From positions 62,001 to 126,000 of the forward strand of contig CM022677.1 of NCBI GenBank assembly GCA_012295275.1: a DNA stretch of 64,000 nt, given 5' to 3'. The stretch comes from Chrysomallon squamiferum (Eukaryota > Animalia > Mollusca). The position numbers were made by a program, and so were the translations under genes. Below, piece by piece: positions 29,677-45,024 of the stretch. How positions within the stretch are numbered: position 1 is the first letter of the stretch; every line of letters starts with the position of its first letter. The notes beneath the pieces were generated by a model. The model was not told the origin of the DNA, ran no database searches, and saw only the letters and a program-made list of their open reading frames with translations.

Positions 29677-29946
29677 GGTGCTGCAAGCTGGTTGTGCGAG
29701 TTCGTAGTGACGTCACGCTGCTGACACTTCAGTCTTGTTGTCTGGGTGCTGCAAGCTGGTTGTGCGAGTTGGTAGTGACGTCACGCTGCTGACACGTCAG
29801 TCTTGTTGTCTGGGTGCTGCAAGCTGGTTGTGCGAGTTCGTAGTGACGTCACGCTGCTGACACGTCAGTCTTGTTGTCTGAGTGCTGCAAGCTGGTTGTG
29901 CGAGTTGGTAGTGACGTCACCCTGCTGACACGTCAGTCTTATTGTC
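29677..29946. repeat. 68-bp tandem repeat, 4 copies, each with palindrome GTGACGTCAC
   Basis: Units start at 29677, 29745, 29813 and 29881 and are near-identical. Confidence 0.95.
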
Positions 29947-30436
29947 GAAATTTTACACGAGTTTGTCCTCAATCAATTCTGCGACAAACGACTACCGTAA
30001 AGCTCTTAATAATCTACTTTTGTTTGTTTGTTTATTACACGAATAGGGTGCGGCATTCCTTTTGTCACGCACAGGTAAAATAATAACTCAGTTTTTGTAA
30101 ATAAACGTTGGTTCAAGAACATATCATCTCATGAATTTACATTAAAAAAAGAAAGAAAGAAAGAAAGAAAGAAAGAAAAAAAATCGGTCACGAAGCAAAA
30201 GCAAAGTTCGTAGCCGATAGCAACAGTCTATTTTGAAGTGCACACATAGTCTATACATATTTTAATGTATTCGCTATTGCAAAGATTCACCTGTACTTTG
30301 AGTAACTGGATTTAGAAATTAGACTTTAGAGACCTACATTCAGGTGTGTGTCTCTGTGTGTTACAATCAAAAAACAAAATAAATAAAATAAAAAGTAAAC
30401 AATAGTATTTATCATTTAGCTGTAGTAGTAACACTA

Positions 30437-30485
<49 letters not shown>

Positions 30486-30493
30486 TAAATAAA

Positions 30494-30525
<32 letters not shown>

Positions 30526-30657
30526 TAATAATAATCATAATAATAATAAAAATAATAATAATAAAATTATAAAAGATAATAACGATAAAAATATATAAAT
30601 ACATAAAAAAAAGATAAAAAATATATAAATACATATCATAAAAAAAGATATACATAC

Positions 30658-30721
<64 letters not shown>

Positions 30722-31589
30722 CATATATAGTTACATAGTTTGTCTGATCATTATGTTTTGAATTCAGGCGGCAGGAAATAAATGTCGAATGTGCATACAC
30801 CTGATTTCTCTGCATACATCTTGAACAGGACTACAAATTCTTACAAAGAAATACGTGCTTAAACCTTTCATGGTGGAATAACTGACACAGCTATCGGATT
30901 ATTAGCATGAAGTATAAACAGAACTGTTAGAAGTATTTAATATTTTATTTAAATATTCTATATGTATGATAGTTAAAAATAAACTTGATGTCAGTGCAAA
31001 TTACTATTATTACTGTTCACTTTCTTACTGCTAAATTATTATTTGATCACTGACGCACGGAAATTGACCAGTTAGTTCACATACTTGTGTAGCTGGTAGA
31101 GATGTTCAGTCTCAGTTTTTCGTTTTCTTCTTCTTCTTCTTTTTATTTTATTATTTTTTTATTTTTAAATTTTTAATTTTTATTAAAAAGGACGAAAAAC
31201 GTCTTGCGCCAGTGGAAATGTTAACGTAGCTTTTTAACCCGGGCAGACGTAAATACGAAAGGTCGCGAGTCGACGATCGTCTGCAGTGTCTAAACTAAAC
31301 CAGATAACTCTGTTCGACAGTACCGGTAGAGTTATCTCCCTTCATTTATTCCAAAAGAATCTTTTTATCACGTATTATAACTATCTGATCGGCAGAATTA
31401 AATCTTTTGCGCCCTAAAGCTTCAACTTTTATGAGAAGCTTTCGAAATCAGCAACGAGATCTGCGTCAACACTTTTATTATGTCCTGTGGGTTTCTTCTG
31501 TGACAGCTCTAAAAGTTTATTTACGGTCTGTTAGATTCATCTTTGTACGTAGTTTAGCATTTTGAATGTTCTCTGTCTTATGTACGTCT

Positions 31590-31762
31590 GATTAGACTCT
31601 GCACGTAGACAATATTCGGGAACGCACAGGCGCAGGAGGACAAGGTCCAATCACGACCACACAAAACCCGTCAGATGCCGCTGACGAGACTCGAACAAAT
31701 GGCACCCATTCGCCCGCACTCCGAAGGCGGACGATGTTACCGTTCGGCAACCGAGACAACCT
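31590..31762 (-). mobile_element. tRNA-derived SINE-like element
   Basis: GC-rich island. The - strand has an A-box-like TTGCCGAACGG (31750-31740) and a B-box GTTCGAGTC (31696-31688), followed by a non-tRNA body; no clean cloverleaf. Confidence 0.55.
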
Positions 31763-32211
31763 TGAAAAAAGTTGTCCAATAACCGAGGTAATCATCGCTT
31801 CCCACTAAGCACGCCGCTCTTTGTCTTTCGACATTTCTGCGTGAATCTATTGTCGCAAGTATATAGTTTAGGATTTTGAATATTATGTGTATGTATATGT
31901 GTATGTGTGTATTATATATGTATTTATGTATGTTTGTTTCCTATTCTATCAACAATAATTATGAATGAAAGTAAAACAATTTCTTATCGAAGGTTTATCC
32001 TTTTTTTTTTTTTTTTTTTTTGAGGGATTATTATTATTGACTAATTTATTTCATAATAATTGCAGATATGCTGTGTAACATTAATACTCGTTCAGTCTCA
32101 CTATAGACAAATAGAAACATGAGAGAGAAAGAATGTAAAAAAAGAGAAAGAAAGAAAGAAAGAAAGAAATATAAAAAATTCAATAAATAAACAAATAAGT
32201 AAGTAAGTGAA

Positions 32212-32242
<31 letters not shown>

Positions 32243-32636
32243 ACAAACAAACAAACAAACAAACAAACAAACAAACAAATAAATAAATAAATAAATAAAT
32301 GAAAATAACCAAAACAAAATCAAACGATTTAAATTAATAAGGTGAGACTTATATGAACCTGGAGAGAAAAAAAGGCAGAGAGACAGTTAATAAGAAAACA
32401 CAAAAGAAAGAAAGTTTAAATAACTTGCCTGCAGCCTGCGCCTTTGAACCTGCTTTGTATTTGAAAACATTAAGATCCAAGGATAAACATCAAAGAACTC
32501 GTATCATTCCTCTTCTAAATAAATAAATAAATAAAAATTATAATAAAAAGCTATATGTATTGGAATAATAAAATTATATAAATGAATTAAACTATAATAA
32601 TAAATAAAGGTTCAGTAATAATAATAATAATAATAA

Positions 32637-32667
<31 letters not shown>

Positions 32668-33262
32668 AAGAAGAAGAATGAAATAGTGTCATCAGCTCCA
32701 TATTAAATGATTTAAGTTCTCTATCTGCGTTGTAATCATATTTCATGTCTAGCAATACCTAATCTGCTTAAGGCATGGTTTACATTTTTATAAATAAAAC
32801 CAGATTTTTGTATTCTTATGTTATAAGGTATAAACGTCTTCGTTTTGGTCATAGTATTTTTGTAGTATATACATAAACAAACACAAGTTAAAACCAGCCA
32901 GCGCGACAGCTAACACAAACTGACAATTTATAATCCAACACAATGAGCAATTTAATATATAAATATAAACACAGCAGAAACTTCATAAACTATTACGGAA
33001 ATAGTAGAAATTAAACATATAACAAAGAAACATCCATTAGATGGTTACCTAATTTTAAAATAAAAAAAAAAAATGAAATAATCTTGAAAGATAACTGATA
33101 TTCAGATAAATTTGATACCAGCCCTGATCTTAACCCTAACTCTAACTGTAATACTAAACCTATTTATAGCAATGAAATATTTATTAACAAATGTATCTGT
33201 TACCATGTCCTAATTTATACATAAATAACTTCCTACTTTTAAATAAATAAATATAACATTTT

Positions 33263-33344
<82 letters not shown>

Positions 33345-33589
33345 CTATCACATACTGTTTATTCTGTTTCACCAGTTTATTAACATAGACCAAATAATAC
33401 TACTGTTATTTAATGATCACCACTCACAGTAAATGTCGAGTAACAAACACTTCGTGTTTCACAGTCTTTATTTAGCAGACAACAAAAGTGTTTACTGGTA
33501 CAGTGGGAGATAATTCCTTTACCACTTGCATAAAGATAAAGTTTGAGTTATTACCCCTAGTGTTTCGATGTTATTCTTAATTAATTGTA

Positions 33590-35100
33590 GATTTTGGAAA
33601 AGTAAGATTTTGAAACAATATCGTGGAAGTCGAAGAAAATAATACAAAAACAACAACAACAATTATGTTAACTTCGGAGTTTTAAATCAAACATGGATAT
33701 CGACCTTTTCTAATAAACAGGAATCGTGTTCATATATAAATGGTAAGATTCCTTAACGCTTGAAAGGTGACAGAAGATATAGACAAGGGGATCAGTTCTT
33801 TCACTGCGATTTCATTTTGTGTGTTGGGATTCTTGGAATCTTGGTAAGAAATAACAAACATATATACAGGATTGAGATCAACAGCAATGAATTAAAAATG
33901 TCACAGTTCGCCGACGACACAACATTAATATTAGGTTCGTGTCATAAAACTCTGTGAGCATCTGTGGGAACATAAAAATATTTTACCGATATATCTGGGC
34001 TTAAAGTTAATGTATATCAAACAAATATAATAAACTTAGGGAAAGACCAAATTAATCATAACAAAAAAAGTCTGATCAAAACAAAAATTAAAATGGACTA
34101 CAAAATTCACAATATTTCGGGAACGCTTTTCCACGGATCTGTATCAAATACAAGAATTAAACTTTAATGCAAAGTTAAAAGAGGTTTAAAGGCTGCTTGA
34201 ACAATGGTCAAAATGTTCTTTGCCTCCTCTAAGAAAAATTACTGCAATCAAAAGTTTAGTTTTATCGAAAATCGTTTATTTTTTTCTTCACTGCCAAATC
34301 CAACAAACTATTTCTTTAAAATATTAGAAACATATTTCTTTCAGTTTATTTGGAATAAAAGACCACGATAAAATAGCTAGAAAAAAAAAAAACTATTTTT
34401 GACTATTATCAAAATGGTGGTTTACGAGCAATAATTGTTAAGTTACTTTTTAATGCGTTAAAGATATCGTGGATTAAAGACATAAATTTTAGCCAAGACA
34501 TTGCCTCTCTTTTGAGTAACTGTTTATAATCAAAAGCTTCACTGACATTAGTTTCAGGGTCAGCATACAGTGAAGCAAAATTGTGGAAACGCACAAATTC
34601 CTTTTGGAAAAATGTATTATATATGGTCAAACTTTTTAGAGAAATGTGAAATCATAAAGGACAAGATAAAAATACTATGTCAATAGATATAATATAATGT
34701 TCGCATTAGAACTGATAATAAATCAGCTTATTATAGTGGAAAAGAAAGGAATTTATTTTTAAAAGCTCTTTTTGCTAACGACAACTGGATTTCATGCATT
34801 TCGTTTTATGGAAAGGAAAATATAACTTAAGACCATAATTTTATATTTATAGTGTCTTGATACTAGCTATTATAATAAAAATAAAACAGAAAAGAGAAAA
34901 AGCATAAATTTGGTACAGAGTTCTGTGACAAATGGTGGGAAGCTAACTACAAACACCGAACTTAGATACTTTTAGTACAAGAATTTATTATTTGTCTTAA
35001 TAATAAACATTTAGTATTATATCGTAAAAAAAGATTCAGTTAAATGTGAATTTTGTAATATGTTTAGTGAAAATGTAATACGCATGTTCTCGTTCTGATC
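33590..35100 (+). mobile_element. Degenerate L1/Tx1-clade LINE ORF2 (RT to zinc finger)
   Basis: RQGD..FILCVGILG, SQFADDTTL (RT catalytic motif), DISGLKVN, KSLVLSKIVY, LPNP, FIWNKR, GGLR and CEFC..E zinc-finger remnant, in the expected order with many stops and frameshifts. Confidence 0.85.
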
Positions 35101-35201
35101 TATTTTTCTATTTTGTTTTCTTATGTTTCTTACAATAATATATACATTTATTTATGTGATCAAATATTTTTAATGTTTAAAACATGTTAATTCTTCTTCT
35201 T

Positions 35202-35232
<31 letters not shown>

Positions 35233-35450
35233 TTATTATTATTATTATTATCATTATTATTATTATTGTGGTTTTTACTAATGTTGTGGAGACTTCTGTA
35301 TTTTAACACATTAATTTTATTTACTTTTTTATTAGCTTGTTTTAGTTGTATTATATATTATACTGTATCATCTGTAGTCAAATAAAAGAAAAGAAAAGAA
35401 AAAGAAAAATAAATAAATACAAATACCATTATATAAATTAAAAAGTGAAA

Positions 35451-35481
<31 letters not shown>

Positions 35482-35919
35482 ACAAACAAACAAACAAACA
35501 AACAATATTACCACAATGATGAGTATAAGTGTTAGTGTTTGAACAAAGCTTTCGTTTTTATAATAAATGTAATAAAGGTGATATTTGTTACACCTGTGTT
35601 TAGATCGCACTGACTCATAACACTTACAAATCAAAGAGTGTCCCGTGTACTCTGATTCACCATTACATTGCATATTTCACGATCGTAGTATAACGTTTCT
35701 TGTCGCCAATACACCTGACACGCTATTCTTATCTGACCTACTTAACAGACACTTGTTAACATAACTTTTTCATCAATATACCGAGTTAGAAATAAATATA
35801 AATATCTTACAGACAAGATAAGTAATGTCAAAATATATATCTTGTATTCTGTTTCCATTTCATATTTGTTTTAAACTTATTTAACAGGTTTACACAAATT
35901 GTATATAATAAAACATTTG

Positions 35920-39076
<3,157 letters not shown>

Positions 39077-40633
39077 ATGGCCACCTCAGCAGAAGTTTCA
39101 AGTTGGCAGACAGGGAAAAAACTGACGGAGTGTATTGAACACGTTTTCCGTACGGGAACAGACAGCGACGTCAGATTTGTTGTTGGGGAAGATGAACAAA
39201 TTGTAGAAGCACATCGCTTCATCCTCATGATCAGAAGCGAAGTCTTCCACAAAATGTTTATGGGAGAACTTCGCGAACAAAACAACATCATCTTGCCCGA
39301 CGTGCTGGCAGATATTTTTACAGAGTTTTTAAAGTATGTTAAAAATCAAACAAAACACACACACACACACAAACACACAAACACACTCACAAACACATTC
39401 ACAAACACACAAACATACAGAAACACTCAGCGACACGGGTACGAACACAGTAAGGAAACATACATGCTGACACGAACGTTGATAACAATACAGCTTTTGT
39501 TAGTAATCTAATTGTTTTCTAATTAATTAATCGCCCATAATTATCTCTCGTTTTGAAGTCTTACTCTACTTCTTTTACACAGATATCTTTATACGGATGA
39601 CGTCGTCCTAACAGGCGAGAACGTCACCGGTCTGCTGTATCTATCGAGGAAGTACATCGTCACAACACTGGAAGATCAGTGTGTACGTTATTTGGGGTCG
39701 TCGTTGTTGTCACAGAATGCGTGCGTCGTGCTGGAACAAGCTCACCTGTTTGATCAACATGATCTAAGGAAAACAACTCTGGACTACATTTTGAAAAATG
39801 GCGACGAAGTTCTGAAGTTAGAAGAAATCACTGATCTTTGTCACGAATGTCTGGATGAGATCGTACGATCAGACGAACTGAAAGCAGACGAGAAAAATGT
39901 TTTTGAAGCCGCTGTGAAGTGGGCTGACAGCGCGTGCAGGAAGCAAGGAAGAGAGACGAATGGACATAACATGCGCGAAGCACTGGGAGAGGTCGTGAAG
40001 CACGTGCGTTATCCATTACTCGATCTGATGTATTTTGTTAAACACGTGACACCCACTCAAATACTCACTGAGACAGAACAAATCAAAATTTTCAAAAACT
40101 TGGTGAGCAGTGATGAAGATGTTTCACCTTTTAACTCAAACATGAGAACTGCAATGATGACACAGATTACAAAAAACAGATTTGGTAGAGTATTTGGTTT
40201 ATACTGGCCATGTTCTGGAGAAAACGATGAAGCCATTACTTTCTCTGTCAACAAAAACGCTTTACTTCGAGGATTTCAGTTGTACGGTCACCGTCAACCA
40301 CAAAACTACGATGTCAGCGCCTTCGTCACCGACACAAGAACAGACGAAATACTGGACGGCTCTAAACTGACACAGCGATATGAACACGTCGTTTCTAGAG
40401 TGTATGACGTCGTGTTCAGACGTCCAGTGAAGATTACTAAAGACACTGAGTACAGCTTGTTTGTTACTATTAAGGGAGGAGACTCATTGTTTGGAGTTGA
40501 AGGTGAATCAGAAATTGTTGTAGACTCTTTTGTTTGTAGATTTTCTGAGTCACACAAATCTAAACACAGTCACAGACAACTTCGTACACGTGTGACAAAC
40601 GGACAAATACCTGCTTTGTTATTTTTAGTGTGA
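39077..40633 (+). CDS. BTB/POZ-BACK-PHR protein (BTBD1/2/3/6 family, putative Cul3 adaptor); join(39077..39333,39583..40633), 435 aa
   Basis: Exon 1 encodes the BTB start (SDVRFVVG..AHRFILMIRSEVFHKMF). Donor AA|gtatgt (39334) and acceptor acacag|A (39582) join in phase to give FLKYLYTDDVVLTGENVTGLLYLSRKYIV. BACK motifs follow (EKNVFEAAVKWA, VRYPLL), then PHR (W..G..DEAITFSVNK..LRGFQLYG ... NGQIPALLF). No stops. Confidence 0.93.
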
Positions 40634-41408
40634 AAAACAACTTAGTTCAAACACTGTTACTTTTAGTCATCACTGGCCTAATAATTTTATTTGTATTTAT
40701 TTATTTATTTATTTATTTATTTATTTGTTTATGTTTTTCTGATGACGTCAGACAACAGTGATGACGTCATAGGCACTTCCTTTGAATTGAAATGTCATAA
40801 TGGACTGATTTTTGACAAAGATACATGTGAAATGTATAATGACATCTGATTGCTTTTTATTTATTTATTTATTTATTTATTTGTGTATTTATTTATGGAT
40901 TTAAATATTTCTACTGGGTTTTTTGTTTGTATATGAAACAATATTATTAACTATTTCCTGCTTCATTTGTATATTTTTTTTCGGTTTAAATTGTATATAA
41001 AATAAAATGTAGATAAATTATGTATGTACTTACTGAGTGTTCGATATGAAATACAAGTACTGTTATTTGATTTATTTATCCATTTTCTTTTATTACGATT
41101 TATATTTACTATGTAAGTAAATTAGATTATGTTTCAAATTTACTGTTTGTTTGTTTGTGTATAACATGTATATAAAGAAAATGCAAATAAATTTATTTTG
41201 TATCATAAATGTTTACTTCGTTTATTTTTGTATCTAATTTGTGTTTAGAATGGAAACAGAAAAATTAGATAGACATAAAAATCAGTTTTATTATTTAGTT
41301 TCTGTAATATTTTTCTTTTCTGCACACAACGTGTAATACATAAAGATGTCAGACAGGATTCCAGATCAGATCTTATAAATATACTTGATGTGTGTACACA
41401 CACACACA

Positions 41409-41538
<130 letters not shown>

Positions 41539-43949
41539 ACTGTAAAATAAAGAAAACATATTTTTTTATAAAAGTTATAAAGGGAGAAATTCGCAGGCTA
41601 TCTTTAATATAATATGAACAAAAGTTTGAAAAATCCGGATCTCTCTACTTCGGATATCGGGTGTAAGTTCAAGAATAAAGTAAGATCATTTCTTAAACAA
41701 TGACAACAATTACAACGTAATTAGACTACCGCGTGCAGAAGATGAAATGATCGCACTTTCTGAAATCTTAATAAACGATGATGCCAAGCTTCTAGTAATC
41801 ACTATACGCGGCATCCTCCTAACAGTCTTATAGTAAGCTGGGCAGCCCTGTGTGGAGAATGATCAACTAGTCTTGGCTGTGTCTCACTGCTAACTGCTTT
41901 AATCACAACTCAGGTGGGAAGCTGGTTTCGTGTGAACAAATCTTGACCTGTGTTGTTATCAACTGGTTGAAAACCTATGTCCTTTATACAGCTAAACGTT
42001 ATTAGTGTTTTAATACCTAAGAGAATTCACTCATTTAGATTAAGTGTCAAAAGCAGAGGTCTACATAAATACGTATGACACACATATGCTTTCTTTTATT
42101 GCATTCATGGCAAAGCGACCTAAAAAACGGCAAAGTATCGAACTTTCAAATGCCTCGCTATTGTCACAAACATAAAATTAACATTCAAAATACATACATC
42201 GATGTTTTGTTTCTGACACAAAAGGGCCTTTAGCAAAGTACTGCATACAGAACGTGTTCGGGCAATTATATCATTTATCGAGTGAATCTCAATTAAATTA
42301 ATTTGTATACACGTTTACAAGAACTGTGTTTATTGTCAAACTGTAATCACAACTGTAAACAATACATCTGACAGAAATAACGGAAGTCCGCTGACTGATC
42401 GCTGAATGTGACAAGGAGATCATCGGACAAAACGGCGGAAAAATGTATTGATAGATTCAAGTGAACTGTTTCAAAAATAAATAAATAAATAAATAAATAA
42501 AAAATATAAATATATATAAAGAAAAAAGGAAGGCGACTAGACTTTACCGAGGGTTAATACTAAGACGATGTTGATCCCTCGCTTGAACCCTGGCAATTTA
42601 AGACAGGAAATATTCGACATTATAAAACATAGTGACAATTACCAACAGTTGTACGAAACTGATATTTCGGCAAAGAGTAACGGCCGACAAATTCAAAAAT
42701 CTGAATGAATTGACGGTATACACAATGACCCAGTGACCGAACTTTCTTACACTGATATTCTTATATTATTTTGTTCTTGGGTTTATTGATACTAATACTT
42801 GTTTAAGTTAAAGTTAATTTATTTCAGATAAACATTTAAAATGTTGTTTTTATTTTCAGTTTTGCTTGAAGATCAGCTGTGTTGGGTCAGTGCAAGAGAA
42901 AATAAAAATATGTACATGGATGCTCACATGAAAATAGGTTAACTTTTTCTTACTCTTTGTTTATATTTCTGTTACAGCCAATATTGTACTTCAAAACTTA
43001 TATACTTGCAAAACCATCAGTTTTAGTAAATACTGTTAATTTATATTGCTGTATTGTTGATATTTAACATTCTGTTTATATATGCTATTCATGAGTAACA
43101 TGTAGCGGCCAGTGTTTTTTGGTGTGATTTATTTTTTTCTCTTATATTCTGTGAACTACAGATTAAATATGTATCTGTGACTGGATGACATTTTATACTG
43201 ACTGTGATAACAAATGAAGTGAATTCTCAGGAAATGTGTTGTCTCTCATGTGAAGAGTTCAATGTATTTGCTTACCTACTTTGTTAAGCTTTATATCTCA
43301 GTTTAAGCAGTTAACCTACAAGGTATTTATGTCAAGCTGTAATACTATAGGCGATAGTGTTTTTTACTTCAGGTATTTTACCTTTTGTAATCCTAAATAT
43401 ATATATATATTTTTTATTAGGATACAGTGTTAAGAAAAGAATGTAAAGGTTGGGAAATATATAAAAGAATTTTGTAAATACCTGTTTATGAACCTAAAAT
43501 AGTGTGGTTTGTGATTGCATAAGACTATAGCAGATTATTTAATTTGTATGGTTGTGAACTTTATGATTGTCAATAAGATAAAATGAATTTTTCAAATATC
43601 TATTAAGAACTCTCAGTCATAAGAAAAAAATGTTTAGAACTCAGTCCACTACAGCTTTTACAGTTACAACATATTTCAAATAATCTCACACATTTGTAAA
43701 GTAATACTTGACAACTGAAAAAAAGCAAATGATTTATCTAAAAATAATATCTAAAACTTTATCTAAAGATCCAACACTTCATCCAGTAGATCAAATCTAT
43801 TATTCATTTTCAAAATAAAATTTTCTTAACATTTATTTTTAATTTAATAAACTCCAAGAACAATATAAGTCTGAACTGAAATAAAATTATCCAGGAATAA
43901 CAGTTAAACAGTATTAGAAATCTGAAGACAAACAATAATACTAATAAAA

Positions 43950-43992
<43 letters not shown>

Positions 43993-44918
43993 ACAAACAA
44001 ACAAATAAAGAAAAGAAAAGAAAAGAAAGAAAGCAAATATTTTTTTAAAAACTCAGATATAATAGAAATTAAATACAACAAATCACTTTTCTTTTCAGTC
44101 TAATAACTATTGAAACAGCCCTATTATTTTATTTATTTATTTATTTATTTATTATGTGTAAAATAATAAAATTTAACTTCATAGCTATTTAAAGTAAAAA
44201 CAGTTCACACGTGAGCCTGCTGGTTTTAGGTACTTAAGAAGTTATTAATGTGTTTATCTCTTTATCACAAAATTGGATGAAATTAATATTGGTTTGAGAT
44301 TATGATGTGGTTTCCTCTCTATTGTCGTAGACGGCAGAAGCTAAGACGGCATTCGGGAAGGTCCGGAATGATCCGAATGGTCACGACCAGTTTTGCGATA
44401 CTGGGTCAGCGACTCTCGCGGTTTTGTTTATCAAGACTACAGTCAACTGGTATCCGGCCTTCAACGTTAATGTTTATTAAAAGATGTTGGCAAATTAAGG
44501 TAAGCCAGTACGTCCAATTTATCGAACTACGAGCAAACCTTTTATGTGAAATCAATATTTGAGATAAAGTCATTACTAGTGGTTCTTGTATTATAACTTA
44601 TATATAAACAGGTCAAGTCGCCCTAATGGAACTTTGTCCATTTCAAGCCCTGTATTACAGTGTGTACAGTATATTATACAATATAGGCCTATGTATATAC
44701 ATTTCGCTAAGTAATATTTAAAAATATATATGTATATACACATTTTTAATAAACTTGCTGATATGAAGTGGATAGGTATATTTAACAATTCATTTAAATT
44801 GTATTGTGTGTGAAAGACATTTTTATACATATATTTATCACCTAATAGTAATAGGATTCATGCTGGTATTCTCAAGTAAAATACAATTGTGTTTGTTCTT
44901 GTTCTTGTTATTATTATT

Positions 44919-44957
<39 letters not shown>

Positions 44958-45024
44958 ATTGTTATAAAATCTTTTACAACTATTAATCATGTATATTTGT
45001 TATATATTTATATTGTATTTACAG

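Noticed and set aside
31680-31760. Functional tRNA gene
   Set aside because: A and B boxes are present, but no convincing acceptor stem or cloverleaf; treated as a SINE head.
33125-33162. Interstitial telomere (taaccctaactctaac; similar at ~8340, ~25170, ~25780)
   Set aside because: Only one or two degenerate units each, too short to call.
39334-39511. C-terminal part of ORF 39077..39511 (YVKNQTKHTHTH...)
   Set aside because: This is read-through into the intron; splicing at 39333/39583 restores the BTB domain.
41830-41980. Possible snoRNA or SINE (weak similarity to 6360-6470)
   Set aside because: Only short shared words; no convincing C/D, H/ACA or Pol III boxes.
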